Source: a virus
Lineage: Duplodnaviria > Heunggongvirae > Uroviricota > Caudoviricetes
Virus record (IMG/VR): IMGVR_UViG_2778261692_000003
Coordinates: 1 to 40,582 of that record
DNA length: 40,582 nucleotides
Reading direction: 5' to 3' (one strand)
The translations under genes were made by a program, and so were the position numbers. Below the pieces are notes generated by a model, which had not been told where the DNA came from, did not search any database, and saw only the letters and a list, made by a program, of their open reading frames with translations. Each line of letters begins with the position of its first letter. Within the stretch, counting starts at the first letter, position 1. This document shows positions 9,659 to 20,179 of this stretch, one piece after another.

Positions 9659-10506
9659 CACTGCTCCGCAATGATTTTGATGGTTGTGGCAGTAAACGCC
9701 GCACCATTCGACTGAATGGTTAACGTGCTGCCATTTGTGGCAAGAAAGCCGTCTTTATCCACACTGAAGAACGTAGCTAACATGATGTTATCGGTCGTTG
9801 TCGCCGCATTACGACTGCTTACCAGCGTGTCAGGGACAGAGCCGGAAAAGGTTAGCTGCATTGACCTGTTGGCGGTTCCGCTGGGCCACGTGCCGACAAT
9901 CGACAACTTGAAGAACAAGGTTTTGTTCTCGTTGAACACAACCATCTTGTTGTTAACGGTGTCGAAGAATGGTGCCAACGAGCCGGATGACGGCGTGAGC
10001 GTTTTCAGCAGGCTAACAAGGTTGGTCGGCGCTGTCGGGATGGTTACAGATACACCAGAGTAAACAACCTCTGACTTCTTGCGTGTGGTTGCATACTCCA
10101 GAGCATCAATGCGCGTTTCATGGTCTGAAACCTGCGACTCCAGCGACTGAACTCTGGTATCAAGCGACGCAATATCGCTTTCATTCTGAGTGATTCGTGT
10201 TTCATGTTCCTGAAGAGTTGATTCTGCCTGGCTGATTCGCTCCTCATGATTAACAAGCGTTGCTTCCGCAGCAGAAATTCGCTGCTCATGGTCAGCGAGA
10301 ATCACATCCTGCTCATCGTTCCTGACTTGTGCATCATAAGCGCCCTGTCCGGCCTCGTTGGCCTTGTTAGCCACGTTACCAACATCAGTACCCTGTGCGA
10401 TAACGTAAAGCAGATACGACTGCGAGAAGATATTGCGTGGAAGGACTGATGTGTCGAGCCGTGTAGCCTGAATGATTACCGGCACATTGAGATTCGAATC
10501 AGCCAT
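9658..10506 (-). CDS. Tail needle (P22 gp26 family) with C-terminal knob domain (Sf6/HK620 type)
   Basis: The N-terminus [62 protein letters not shown] is near-identical to P22 gp26. Heptad repeats (HE.RI...E) follow, then a roughly 130-aa non-coiled C-terminus. Confidence 0.9.
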   Translation of the reverse strand: MADSNLNVPVIIQATRLDTSVLPRNIFSQSYLLYVIAQGTDVGNVANKANEAGQGAYDAQVRNDEQDVILADHEQRISAAEATLVNHEERISQAESTLQEHETRITQNESDIASLDTRVQSLESQVSDHETRIDALEYATTRKKSEVVYSGVSVTIPTAPTNLVSLLKTLTPSSGSLAPFFDTVNNKMVVFNENKTLFFKLSIVGTWPSGTANRSMQLTFSGSVPDTLVSSRNAATTTDNIMLATFFSVDKDGFLATNGSTLTIQSNGAAFTATTIKIIAEQ

Positions 10507-11924
10507 TACTCAATCCTTATCTGGCAGCCTGACAGAGTGACAGGTGACTTCGTGATAACGCGCAATTTGAAGCCGACATTTTTCCTGATGCGCCCGACTC
10601 GCTTCCACAAAACACGTTTGTCGTAAACGAACGGTTCATTCTGTTCAATCATCTGCTCACGTCCGTAATTTATGCCGTCAGTGGTTGCAGAGAGGAACAG
10701 GCGGTCGGCGTACTGCGCAACGCCAGTTGACGATTCAACCTCAAGATCGAACACTCTGGCGTTATCCGCTTTGAACAACGGAGTAAACAGCAGGTGTTCC
10801 TGTTGAAGCCCATACTGGCTGCTGATATCGAACTGCAATTTCCCGGTCACCGATTCCAGCTTATCGCCGCACGTTATCTGATTTCCTTCGTAAATGAAGT
10901 CGATAGCGCGGTACACATCGTCATACAAGCCTGTTTTCAGTACACACCATTGCGGACCATTGGCGCTTGAAGATGCGTCGTACACGAGAACATGGCGAGG
11001 AAGGTGGATAATCAGCAACTCATGCGCATCAAAGCGCAACGATTCCATCACGCCATCAGCCAGTTCATCAGCAGTGTAGGAGCGAAGAATTTTCTCAATG
11101 CTCGCGCTGGCGATTGGTGATACCTGACCGGAGACGATGATGTATACAGACGGCGCACCTGTTGCCGGATTGCTGATGAACGCATAAGAATCAGCGAATG
11201 GCGTTTTGCAGTAAGTTCCGGCAATGCCTTTCTGCACCATAAGAGATGGCTGTGCGACATACAAAGCAGCACCAACGGTGGTTGCACCCGTCAGGGAGAA
11301 ATATTCAATCGTCGATGAACCAAAGCAGACGATGAAGTCTCGCCATGTGCCGATACCGATGATGCCGTCCGGCTGCGATTCTGCGCGATATTGTGCGCTG
11401 TAGCGGTCAGGATGCGATTCGTCTTCAAGGTCAGTGATAAACCATGAATCAGTTCCGTCTTTTGACCACGCATAACGCCCACGTAAGCGCGTAATGTCGC
11501 GAACTGAACCTAACTCGTACTGTGTGAATCCGCTGTCTGTAGGCCAGTTTGAGACGGTTTTAACCGTGCCATCATAGCGATACTCGACCAGTTGACCATT
11601 AACGCCTACTGCCTGTGATGTCCTACCGTGTGCCATTGATACGCGACCACTTCCGGAAACATCGCCGACTTCACTTTCTCCTTTGTAGAGCTTGCCACCA
11701 CACACGCGATAAACAGCACTTTGCGCCATGTTGTACTCGACGCCGCGCGATACTCCGTTCACATCAGAACGTTTGGCAATGCCCGGGAATGAGCGAAGAT
11801 ATCCGCTGCTGTTCAGGATTTCTTTGGGTGTAGCCAGCATATTCACTGGCAGATAGTCGATATAGTCGGCGTTTCGGAAGTCTTTGCCGACACCTTTCAT
11901 GAGCGGAAGTTGCTGAATCGGCAT
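10506..11924 (-). CDS. Tail accessory/hub protein (P22 gp10 family)
   Basis: 472 aa, the same length as P22 gp10, starting [33 protein letters not shown]. Syntenic between gp4 and the needle. Confidence 0.9.
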   Translation of the reverse strand: MPIQQLPLMKGVGKDFRNADYIDYLPVNMLATPKEILNSSGYLRSFPGIAKRSDVNGVSRGVEYNMAQSAVYRVCGGKLYKGESEVGDVSGSGRVSMAHGRTSQAVGVNGQLVEYRYDGTVKTVSNWPTDSGFTQYELGSVRDITRLRGRYAWSKDGTDSWFITDLEDESHPDRYSAQYRAESQPDGIIGIGTWRDFIVCFGSSTIEYFSLTGATTVGAALYVAQPSLMVQKGIAGTYCKTPFADSYAFISNPATGAPSVYIIVSGQVSPIASASIEKILRSYTADELADGVMESLRFDAHELLIIHLPRHVLVYDASSSANGPQWCVLKTGLYDDVYRAIDFIYEGNQITCGDKLESVTGKLQFDISSQYGLQQEHLLFTPLFKADNARVFDLEVESSTGVAQYADRLFLSATTDGINYGREQMIEQNEPFVYDKRVLWKRVGRIRKNVGFKLRVITKSPVTLSGCQIRIE

Positions 11925-11933
11925 TTATTCACC

Positions 11934-12395
11934 TCACGTACTCGGATCATCTTTCTCGATGTAAAACCGATTCCACGTAAACGCGCTTTTGTTACCACTA
12001 CCGCGAGGCATGTCATTTCGCCGCTCAAGTGGTGGTATTTTGGTTAAAGCGATGCAGATTGTCTGATATGCACTGTCAGCAGCGGTAAGGAGAGCGTCTG
12101 ACGGCTGAATGACGTTATCCATGCACACTTGCACAGCGAGCTTCAAAGCGACGCCATCATTTGCCCATGCAGGGATACCTGAATCATCGTCAGGTAACGG
12201 CATGATGCCGTTTTCTGTATCCGCAAACTGATATCCAAGCTCGATACCTTTCGCCTGCCATGCTGCCATCATGTCTTCGAGATCATTAATGGCATCTTCA
12301 ATTGCCTGAGGGTCGGCATCTGTCAACGTGGCATTGGAATACAGCCCGGCTTTTCGTAAAGCCTTAAGAACGAGATCACCCTTCGTTTTCGCCAT
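11934..12395 (-). CDS. Head-to-tail adaptor (P22 gp4 family)
   Basis: 153 aa. Assigned by synteny directly upstream of gp10 and by an acidic helical N-terminal region. Confidence 0.8.
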   Translation of the reverse strand: MAKTKGDLVLKALRKAGLYSNATLTDADPQAIEDAINDLEDMMAAWQAKGIELGYQFADTENGIMPLPDDDSGIPAWANDGVALKLAVQVCMDNVIQPSDALLTAADSAYQTICIALTKIPPLERRNDMPRGSGNKSAFTWNRFYIEKDDPST

Positions 12396-12564
12396 CTTCT
12401 TCCGCCTTAGCCACTTTTTGCTTCGTTGCGGTTTCTTCAGGAGTTTTTACCCAGCCTTTTTTCAGGTGAGATTTAACTTCTTCGTCATCAACAATGATGT
12501 AATCGACAGCAAACTGACCACAGGTGATCATGTTGCCCGGCTTATAGAGCATTGTTCGTGCCAT
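12376..12564 (-). CDS. Small hypothetical protein between coat and gp4
   Basis: 62 aa from the ATG at 12564 (MARTMLYKPGNMITCGQF...), with GGGAGAAG upstream just after the coat terminator. The ORF-track N-terminal extension would run through that terminator hairpin. Confidence 0.5.
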   Translation of the reverse strand: MARTMLYKPGNMITCGQFAVDYIIVDDEEVKSHLKKGWVKTPEETATKQKVAKAEEDGENEG

Positions 12565-12575
12565 TGTCTTCTCCC

Positions 12576-12599
12576 AATAAAAATGGGGCCGAAGCCCCA
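12576..12599 (-). terminator. Intrinsic terminator/attenuator just downstream of the coat gene
   Basis: Minus strand reads TGGGGC-TTCG-GCCCCA followed by TTTTTATT. It has a UUCG tetraloop and a 6-bp GC stem. Confidence 0.65.
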
Positions 12600-12605
12600 C
12601 CAAAA

Positions 12606-13859
12606 TTACTGCCCGGCAATAACGATGCCCGTATATTCAGGAACAAGTACAGAGCAACCGTACAGGGTGGTGAAACGCGCAGTGGTTACACCTTTGATGT
12701 GGTCGAAGGCGTAAGACATGATCAGCGTAGCGCCCTGCTCGGTGGTTGCTGTCATTACTTGTGGACCCTGACCAGTTGGGAACGCCAGCTTGCCGTACAT
12801 CAGTTCAACAGAACCATCAGCCCAGAACAGGTTAGCCGGTGCGGCATTTTTGTTGAGAATGGTGATTGCTGCGCTACTTGCCGCATTAGCATCAACGTTT
12901 GCATATGGTCGGCTGGCGACATCCGCGTTGTCAGGCGGCAGAATTTTCGGGGAGATAGTTACTGTCGTTCCGCTTACTGCCAGAACGCGGAATACCTGCG
13001 GCTGCCCGGTGGTGTCTTTGGTGATCTGGTGTACAGAATTCACGCCAGCAATGGTGAACGCATCGCCAACCTGCAACCCAGATGCAGATACCGTAATAGT
13101 CCCCTGTCGGTTATCCACTGGCATATCGTTGGCATCTTTCGCTTCAACCTTGTGCGCAGGTTCAGCCGCCAGCGTCAGGGAAGTTGCTGTACCCTTCGGA
13201 ACACGACCAGAAATATCCGTCTTGTAGCTATCGAAGGACGCAACCGGAGGGATCTGCGCTTTTTCGTATGCTGTCAGGGTTGCGCCCTGAGCATAGGCAC
13301 GGTGACCAAGCTCGCCAGCAAGGTCTTTGTAGTTGAAGGGGTTCCAGAAAGAGCGACGGTTGATACCCTGAGGTACACCAATCGCCGTCATGGTGGCATC
13401 AATACCTGCCGCACAGTTCCACAAATCACGGCCCTGTGAACCTGTGGTTGAGTCAGCCATCGTGATCACGTTAGTAGCACGCTGCGTAACCATGGAAATC
13501 AGGTCAGAGTCAATCTGTGCAGCAAGGCGCATACCTGCGGCGCGACCAGCTTCAGTTTTATGTTCCGGGTCACGCATTTCACGCGCATCCAGAGTGTACA
13601 GAATGTTTTTCGGCTCCTTGAACACAGAAGGAACAAGGCGCTGAACCAGTGCTGTTGGCGTTTTGCCGCTGAGGTCTAGGCCTTCCTCAATGTTCATGTG
13701 GTAATGCTGCGGACGATACAGAACATCACCTGCTCGCTGCATTGCTGTATCACCGGGACGGAATTTTTTAGCGTTACGGGAAACTACGCAGGCGGCCTCA
13801 AAGCCTTCAACGTAGTTTTCGAACATGATTTCAAGGTCTTTTGCTAATTGGTTAGCCAT
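12606..13859 (-). CDS. Major coat protein (P22 gp5 / Sf6 gp5 family)
   Basis: 417 aa with GGAG upstream. Lies between scaffold and gp4. The C-terminal FWADGSVELM segment parallels P22 FWADDAIRIV. Confidence 0.9.
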   Translation of the reverse strand: MANQLAKDLEIMFENYVEGFEAACVVSRNAKKFRPGDTAMQRAGDVLYRPQHYHMNIEEGLDLSGKTPTALVQRLVPSVFKEPKNILYTLDAREMRDPEHKTEAGRAAGMRLAAQIDSDLISMVTQRATNVITMADSTTGSQGRDLWNCAAGIDATMTAIGVPQGINRRSFWNPFNYKDLAGELGHRAYAQGATLTAYEKAQIPPVASFDSYKTDISGRVPKGTATSLTLAAEPAHKVEAKDANDMPVDNRQGTITVSASGLQVGDAFTIAGVNSVHQITKDTTGQPQVFRVLAVSGTTVTISPKILPPDNADVASRPYANVDANAASSAAITILNKNAAPANLFWADGSVELMYGKLAFPTGQGPQVMTATTEQGATLIMSYAFDHIKGVTTARFTTLYGCSVLVPEYTGIVIAGQ

Positions 13860-13877
13860 GCTTAATGCTCCGATAGG

Positions 13878-14771
13878 TTATTTTTTTGCCTTTTTAGCGG
13901 CGAAATACGGCGTCCAGTCACCAGTTTCCAGCGCCTTGGCTTTCAGTTTGTCGAGGTTGTTGATTACTGCGCCGTTGCTCCCCTTAACTGTCGGGGTTGT
14001 GGCTGCCGTGGTTTTTGCTTTTGGCATGATTCTGGCCTTCGATTCGATACGTTCCAGCAGACGACCAATTGCTACGGGGTTGGTAGCTTCTGCCAGTTGC
14101 TTGCGCAGTTCAGCGTTGCGACCGAGTGCCAGAACAACGATTTCCGGCTTCTCTGACTCAAACAAGATCGCGTTTTGTGTCTCGATGGGGATTTCCTCGA
14201 GTACGGCCTGCTCAGCTTCCTGATAGCCAGGAACTTTGAGAGCCTTAACACGTTGCTGATATTTGGATAATCGCTCTTGATAAGCAGCCTGAAGCTCCTG
14301 CTCCTTCTGCTTGCGAGCCATCTCCTGTTGCTGGTACTTGCCGTTATCCTCTGCCCACTTAGCCATGCGTTGCTGGTAGATTTCTTCATCGAAACCGATG
14401 TCCTCATCATCCAGTTTTGGCATTCGCGGTGGTTGAGTGATTACCGGCTGCTGCTCGACGGGTTTCTGAGACTGACGCATCAGCTCTTTCAGCTCACGGT
14501 CTTTCTCTTTAATCGTCTTGCGCAGGTGTTTTACCAGTCCATGCTCTGCGCCATCTTCGCTGGTTGGCGAATCCAGCTTTTCGTCACCAAAGTAGAATTC
14601 CTGTTCTGATTCGTCGTCATCAGTTTCAGTAGCTTCCTCTGCATCATTGCCGGAGGACTCACTGCCATCTTCTGTTTCGACTTCTTCAGCCAGTTCGACA
14701 TCATCAGGAATCTGCTCTGACGCGTCGGTTTCGATTTCAACTTCTGGTGTGTTTTCTGCCATCTGGTCCAT
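13878..14771 (-). CDS. Scaffolding protein
   Basis: 297 aa with a highly acidic N-terminus and a helical, charged body. Lies between portal and coat, as P22 gp8 does. Confidence 0.8.
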   Translation of the reverse strand: MDQMAENTPEVEIETDASEQIPDDVELAEEVETEDGSESSGNDAEEATETDDDESEQEFYFGDEKLDSPTSEDGAEHGLVKHLRKTIKEKDRELKELMRQSQKPVEQQPVITQPPRMPKLDDEDIGFDEEIYQQRMAKWAEDNGKYQQQEMARKQKEQELQAAYQERLSKYQQRVKALKVPGYQEAEQAVLEEIPIETQNAILFESEKPEIVVLALGRNAELRKQLAEATNPVAIGRLLERIESKARIMPKAKTTAATTPTVKGSNGAVINNLDKLKAKALETGDWTPYFAAKKAKK

Positions 14772-14861
14772 TTGTTACCCCTGTTTACTCGATGTTCAGC
14801 CCATCGGAAGGCAATAGGGTGCCAGGCCTCATAAAGACAGCCATTGCACGTTATGGGTTAA

Positions 14862-17060
14862 TTACTGCTGTGGTTGTTGCTGAGTTGATTTTTGCAGGAT
14901 GCTGCTGATGTCCATGCGCTGCGCATGGCCCTGTGCCTGACTTTTCAGGACAAGCTCCGCATCAGCACGGGCATTGTCTCCTTGCTGTTGCTGGAACTGT
15001 CCGAGCAGTTTCAGAGCCTCGCGGATATCAGATTTCTGCTGGCTATCGGCAGATGCGAGGATTTTCACAACATTTGCCGCTGCAACCTGAGCATCAGTCT
15101 GTGCCTGGAATGCTTTAACCTGAATGGCTGCCTGTTCGTTCTGCGCTTTCTGCAATTCAGCCTGACCAGCAAGAAGCTGACCTTGCGCAGCAACCATAGC
15201 CGGATCCGGCTGACTGGCCTGTTGTTGTTTCGCCTGCTCAACCATCTGCTGTTCTTCTGGTGTTCTCGGCTTAATAACGCCAGACAGAAGCAACTGATTG
15301 CGGTTGTATTCTTTAAGGTCGTCCATCCCTTCGCCGTCCATATTGTCGAGAATCATCGACGATACAAGGTCATGCTTCGGCGTTCCTGGCGGGATAAGTG
15401 CCAGCATGGAAAGCAACGACTTAACCGTTGCATCACGGCGAGTAGCGAACGACTGACCGACATCGACAGTCACTTCATAGTTACCCTGCGAAAGGTCGTT
15501 AAGCGCGATAACCTTCCCTGTCTGACGGTCAACCACTTCACCAGTCATCAGCGCCACGTCATCGCTGCCATCCTCATTAACGATGCGCATTGGCGTATCG
15601 CTGCCATAGACTTCACGAGCCATAGAAAGCCACACGACGCCAGCACGGCGCATGGATTTAGCCATGTTGTCCATGTAGATATAGGACTGCGTGTCCATCC
15701 GGTTAAAGATGCTATCAACGGTATCGGTAGCGACGTTGCTCGGCATGTTCTCAAGCTGCGACGCACCTGTAATTTGCTGAATAGCCGTTCCGGTGTACTG
15801 CAATAGCCCGGCAAGAGCAGGAGGCATTTGTGTCGGAGGTGTCCAGCCAGCAACCTGAGCCTCTGAAATGACCGTTCCGTTTTTGTCCTTCTTGCTGGTC
15901 ATGGGAAGAACTGCAGGTCTTTTCTTATTCCTCTCTGCCCAGTGATTCATTAATGGACCGGGAATGAAATCAACATCCACGATAGGAATGCCATCACCGC
16001 CAGCCTGAGTAGCATTATCTGCAATCATGGAAACCATCAGGTTCTCAAGACGCTGTGCATCCATCGCTTTTGCTGCATGGCCTTCGATTCGCTCCTGATT
16101 ATCAACAAATGAACGACGCCCATATACCGGGATGAGAGGAATATGTTCGCCCGGAATACGCTTCGGTTCTTCCAGCCATTCAGCGCCAGACAGAAGACCG
16201 CAATAAACTCGGCGTTTCTTCACCGTTCGCTCGCCAATCAGTTCGAATGCACCATCGGTCAGCTCGTCGACAATATCTTTGATTTGCTCTTCATCATAGA
16301 TTGCCGTTTCTCCGCTGACAGGGTTACGCCATGCTGTGAGCTTCACCTTCTCTATGCGGACTTCGTAGTAGCGTCCAACATAGATGGCATCTGGCGTTGA
16401 CCAGTCATATTGAGTGCCAGTGTCATCACGAGAAAGGCTTGCCGCGATGGAATCAGGGTATTCAGCCTCGAACGCTTTAGGCGTCATGGAGAACATTTCC
16501 ATAGCCCACATAGCATCAGAACGGTCATATTGCTTGCTGTCCTGATCGAAGAAGACGCATGTCGCTGGGTCGTAAACAGGAAGAAGGCTGATGCGTCGCT
16601 GCTCGTTACTCGGATCCATTTCATCTTCGTAATCGGCACACATGCGGAAACAACCGAATCCGCCCGTTACAGCATCATCAAATGCGTTATCACACGCTTC
16701 GCCACCTGATGTTTCCTGATAGTCAGCGCGGAATTTGCCGTTCATCTTTTCGGCTAACGCTTCCGATGCCTTGTCATCCTTCGGCCTGAATTTAACGCTG
16801 ATGCGATTCTGTCGATACTCGCCAATGATGCGATCACATTCACGGGCAATCTTATTCAGTTCAAAGCGCGGGTAATGCTCAAACCTGCCTTCATCAAATG
16901 AGTAACCAGCGTTTGTGCTGCCTTCCCACTGTGCGCCGGATACCCGGACGAAACGTTGAGCCTCAATAATCTGCTCACGCATATCCTGCGTTGCTGACCA
17001 GGCATTATCAAAGTTGCACAGCACCTTGCGATGCCAGTCAGTCATCTTTTTTTCTGCCAT
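14862..17060 (-). CDS. Portal protein (P22 gp1 family)
   Basis: 732 aa with a long Gln-rich C-terminal barrel-helix region. Lies immediately downstream of the large terminase. Confidence 0.93.
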   Translation of the reverse strand: MAEKKMTDWHRKVLCNFDNAWSATQDMREQIIEAQRFVRVSGAQWEGSTNAGYSFDEGRFEHYPRFELNKIARECDRIIGEYRQNRISVKFRPKDDKASEALAEKMNGKFRADYQETSGGEACDNAFDDAVTGGFGCFRMCADYEDEMDPSNEQRRISLLPVYDPATCVFFDQDSKQYDRSDAMWAMEMFSMTPKAFEAEYPDSIAASLSRDDTGTQYDWSTPDAIYVGRYYEVRIEKVKLTAWRNPVSGETAIYDEEQIKDIVDELTDGAFELIGERTVKKRRVYCGLLSGAEWLEEPKRIPGEHIPLIPVYGRRSFVDNQERIEGHAAKAMDAQRLENLMVSMIADNATQAGGDGIPIVDVDFIPGPLMNHWAERNKKRPAVLPMTSKKDKNGTVISEAQVAGWTPPTQMPPALAGLLQYTGTAIQQITGASQLENMPSNVATDTVDSIFNRMDTQSYIYMDNMAKSMRRAGVVWLSMAREVYGSDTPMRIVNEDGSDDVALMTGEVVDRQTGKVIALNDLSQGNYEVTVDVGQSFATRRDATVKSLLSMLALIPPGTPKHDLVSSMILDNMDGEGMDDLKEYNRNQLLLSGVIKPRTPEEQQMVEQAKQQQASQPDPAMVAAQGQLLAGQAELQKAQNEQAAIQVKAFQAQTDAQVAAANVVKILASADSQQKSDIREALKLLGQFQQQQGDNARADAELVLKSQAQGHAQRMDISSILQKSTQQQPQQ

Positions 17061-17061
17061 A

Positions 17062-18477
17062 TCAACCTACACCACAAGGAATTGAGTAACTGGAATAGTC
17101 GGGTTGCGCAGCCGACTCCGGGCAATGCATACACATCATCAGCGCATCAGCCAGGTTAGGAGATGGAATACCGAGCTTCTGCTTCATTTCGACCTTAGTC
17201 ATAAGCTCCAGCTTCCCGTTGTTATTGAATTTGCGCTGAATCTGCGTCAGTTCTGCAAACAGCTTCTCCAGCATATTCTCGCCTATCGCTTCTTTGTCGA
17301 AACTCAGCATGTCGTCGGGGTCTGCATACTCACCGTGGACAACCGCCCGATATGTCAGATACAGCCTGTCAGCCAGCGCGTAATAGAATTGCGCTCGCTT
17401 ATTGCGGAACACATCGCCAATAGTGCGAACGTTGTCGCCCTGTACGACTTCATCGGCCCATGCTCCGGCCTGATATGGTGCATCTTCATCGAATGGCGAT
17501 TCGCTGCCCTTGAACATCGTGGCGGTGATTTTCTTGCCGGAGAACGCTTCCGTTGTCTGTCTGCGTAGCCCAGCACCAACACCATCACCATCCCACAGGT
17601 AATGGTCAGCGCCGTCTTCAATCGCCAGCGAAGTAGCCCAGTCAGCACCCTCGTTGATGTCCATCAGCAGACCTTCGGCAATGCGCTTAACTACCGAACC
17701 GTGACGCGATGCGTAACCTTTAGCATCTGGCCCTGTATCTGATGGGTCATGCGCAGAGACAACAGCGCCTTTCGCTTTCCATCCGAGTTTCTTGTGCGCA
17801 TCGGTAGCAGATTCAAGCCATTCACGTTTGATGATTGCCATATCACTTGCGCTCACTGGCTCACCCAGCCAGATGTGACGATACAGTGTCGGATTTCTGC
17901 GTTTGCACTCTTCCATCTCCAGACGGAGAACTTCAGGAAAGTGCGGGTTGTCGGTGTAGTTCACCGTCAGCAGACAAATATCATCGGGAGGATTTACAAC
18001 GAATCGCTGATAGGTATCGTCGAGGATGTTCTTCGGGTTAAAGCTCACCCATATTTCGGAAAATGGCTTGCGGATGGTTGGTATCAGGATATCCCATGAT
18101 TCCTTCGTTACCGCTTCCGCTTCCTCCACCCAGCAGATATCAATACCTTCGAGAGATTTAATCTTCGTCGGGTTGTTTTTGATGCCGTAGAACATGAATT
18201 CAGCATTCGTTCCAAGATGACGAATCATGGAACGCTGAATTTCAAACTCAGCCGAATACCCTTCCCGCTCAATGGTATCTTCAAGCAACCGGATTACCGA
18301 ATCGCTGATACTGTTTTGCAGTTCACGAGCGCAGAGAATGAGCACAGGCTGCCGACGCCCCGCTTCAACAAGCAGCCTCGCAATTGCCCATGATTTACCG
18401 CTACCTCGACCGCCTTTGGCAACTTTGTAGCGATGCGCCTCAATGAACGGTTCAAAGATAGGATTAATCGAGGTCAT
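17062..18477 (-). CDS. Terminase large subunit (Sf6 gp2-like)
   Basis: 471 aa. Walker A KGGRGSGKS is near the N-terminus and Walker B/coupling ICWVEEAEAV follows. The ATGA overlap with the small subunit indicates translational coupling. Confidence 0.95.
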   Translation of the reverse strand: MTSINPIFEPFIEAHRYKVAKGGRGSGKSWAIARLLVEAGRRQPVLILCARELQNSISDSVIRLLEDTIEREGYSAEFEIQRSMIRHLGTNAEFMFYGIKNNPTKIKSLEGIDICWVEEAEAVTKESWDILIPTIRKPFSEIWVSFNPKNILDDTYQRFVVNPPDDICLLTVNYTDNPHFPEVLRLEMEECKRRNPTLYRHIWLGEPVSASDMAIIKREWLESATDAHKKLGWKAKGAVVSAHDPSDTGPDAKGYASRHGSVVKRIAEGLLMDINEGADWATSLAIEDGADHYLWDGDGVGAGLRRQTTEAFSGKKITATMFKGSESPFDEDAPYQAGAWADEVVQGDNVRTIGDVFRNKRAQFYYALADRLYLTYRAVVHGEYADPDDMLSFDKEAIGENMLEKLFAELTQIQRKFNNNGKLELMTKVEMKQKLGIPSPNLADALMMCMHCPESAAQPDYSSYSIPCGVG

Positions 18478-18914
18478 TTTCCGAATAGAGTGCTCATCGG
18501 TGATGTTTCAATCTGAATTGCGCCGCCGTCTTTGCCTGTTAGCTCGTGATCAACCTTGTCGCGCCATTTATCCTTCTGTCGGTTCTTAAGCCAGAAAATG
18601 GCAGCGGTTGTATCAGGCGGGTAATACTTCTCAAGCGGAGTTTCGACAATTCTGTTTTCAATAACACGAATATCGATATCTGGAGCCACGAAGCCCATAG
18701 CGCGTTGATAAAGACGATCACTAACTTCTGCATCAGCGACGGCCTTACCCTTTTTTATGGACTCCGAAAACTCAGGATAATCAAGCTTCCACTTGTTAAT
18801 AGTTGACTCACTGACTTCGAAGAAATCAGCAAGCTCTGCATCGGTGTAGCCCAGCAAGCACAGTTTGCGTGCCTGTTCGGCGTACGCCTCTTGATACTTT
18901 GTTGGGCGCGCCAT
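18474..18914 (-). CDS. Terminase small subunit (Sf6 gp1-like, HTH N-domain)
   Basis: 146 aa, starting MARPTKYQEAYAEQARKLCLLGYTDAELADFFEVSESTINKWK (HTH). Lies directly upstream of, and overlaps, the large terminase gene. Confidence 0.85.
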   Translation of the reverse strand: MARPTKYQEAYAEQARKLCLLGYTDAELADFFEVSESTINKWKLDYPEFSESIKKGKAVADAEVSDRLYQRAMGFVAPDIDIRVIENRIVETPLEKYYPPDTTAAIFWLKNRQKDKWRDKVDHELTGKDGGAIQIETSPMSTLFGK

Positions 18915-18916
18915 GT

Positions 18917-19159
18917 TTATGCTCCGGTAGTGAACAGGTCTAACGCTTCCTTCGATTTACGCACCGCTTCGATTGTGCGGGTCGTGATATCTGAATTAGC
19001 GCCGCCTGACTGGAAGTGAATTTTGAATAGCTCAAGCTTCAGTTCGTCAGTGCCAATGAACTGAAATGCTTCCTCTGCGGCTGCGTTCTGGTTCATGACC
19101 AGCTTGTAAATCTCTAACTGGAATTTCTGTTCTTCAGTCATGGGAATAATCTCTGCCAT
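18917..19159 (-). CDS. Small conserved hypothetical protein upstream of terminase (P22 orf80 position)
   Basis: 80 aa with GGAG upstream. Its stop lies 2 nt from the small-terminase start. Confidence 0.6.
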   Translation of the reverse strand: MAEIIPMTEEQKFQLEIYKLVMNQNAAAEEAFQFIGTDELKLELFKIHFQSGGANSDITTRTIEAVRKSKEALDLFTTGA

Positions 19160-19262
19160 TGTTGGCTCCGTTTATCCGTTAAAAGGGATATCAGTTAAGT
19201 TATCCCGTGTAGGGTATAAGCCATTGTCAAAGCCACTCTGTAGGGAATGGCTTTTGTAATAA

Positions 19263-19643
19263 CTACTGTTCGCTTAGCTTCTGCTTCAGCAAGTAACCTT
19301 CGAGCATCCAGATTTTGTTTACAGCATTTTGCCGGGCAATCTTCCGACCAATTTCTGCATCAAAGTTTTCAGGGCTTGCACAGGCACTCTCTCCGGTGAC
19401 GGTGAAGCCATTCTTCAGCACCAGTACGCAGAAAGTGAGCAACTTCAATGGTGATAAATCACGATCGTCTTCTTCTGGTTTTTCCCTGCCACAATATTCG
19501 TTGCTGGAAATGGCACCATTACGTCCATCATAAGCAGTAAAGTAATGCTCGCTTTTAATCACGTCTTCGATGTGCTGCGGGGTAACTCGCGGAGCGGTTT
19601 TGCCTTTCTCAACGATTTCTTTTTCGATTTGCTGGTCGTTCAT
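19263..19643 (-). CDS. Gp49/Gp66-like protein (N4 gp49 / Sf6 gp66 family), function unknown
   Basis: 126 aa. The pattern TFCVLVLKNGFTVTGESACASPENFDAEIGRKIARQNAVNKIWMLEGY is characteristic of that family. Confidence 0.65.
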   Translation of the reverse strand: MNDQQIEKEIVEKGKTAPRVTPQHIEDVIKSEHYFTAYDGRNGAISSNEYCGREKPEEDDRDLSPLKLLTFCVLVLKNGFTVTGESACASPENFDAEIGRKIARQNAVNKIWMLEGYLLKQKLSEQ

Positions 19644-19685
19644 AATTATGACCTTGTTGGTTGTTAAAGATGTTTTTGTGATGGC

Positions 19686-19711
19686 GATAAAAAGGCCGCC
19701 TGAGCGACCTG
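19686..19711 (-). terminator. Intrinsic terminator-like hairpin
   Basis: Minus strand reads AGGTCGC-TCAG-GCGGCCT followed by TTTTTATC, with one G-U pair. Confidence 0.5.
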
Positions 19712-19719
19712 TTAGTTGT

Positions 19720-19893
19720 TCACAACTTCCATTGCTGAAGGTTCAGCATGTCGAAAAATGAGCCGCATTTAGGGATATTTTCCATTCTTGCCCTCTCTTC
19801 AGCCGCTTTGTAATAAGCCATTGGCCTTTTCACACCATCAGCACCAGTGATGTATTCAACGCCTTCCTTCTGGTCTTTGTTTACGGAAACCAT
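19720..19893 (-). CDS. Small hypothetical protein
   Basis: 57 aa from the ATG at 19893 (MVSVNKDQKEGVEYITGADGVKRP...). The ORF-track start at 19908 is a GTG. No recognisable family. Confidence 0.4.
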   Translation of the reverse strand: MVSVNKDQKEGVEYITGADGVKRPMAYYKAAEERARMENIPKCGSFFDMLNLQQWKL

Positions 19894-20179
19894 CGCAACA
19901 TCTTCCACTTGTTCGTTATCGATTCAGCGGATGTCTTTCCATCAGTCCGCCACCACAAAGAATCTTTTTTGCCATAAGGCTGGAGGTTCATCTTTCAGTG
20001 GCTGCCAGTGTTATTTCCCCACTTACTGGCTTGGGTTGTTTCGCTGTACTGCCGTAACTGGTGGTGCACAGATTTAGTTAAATCTGTTCTCGCCTGAACT
20101 ATCTTTTACATACCCGGATTGTGGGGATGTAAATCACGGTTTCATTATCAAGCCCACCCGTAGATGGGCTTTGGAATGG

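Noticed and set aside
12552-13439. 295-aa plus-strand ORF (and 12790-13227) antisense to the coat gene
   Set aside because: It lies entirely inside a well-supported coat CDS. The translation is Arg/Cys-rich with no RBS or motif, typical of a shadow ORF in a GC-rich region.
14892-15806. 304-aa plus-strand ORF antisense to the portal gene
   Set aside because: A shadow ORF of the portal CDS. Its composition is low-complexity and Leu/Arg-rich, with no RBS.
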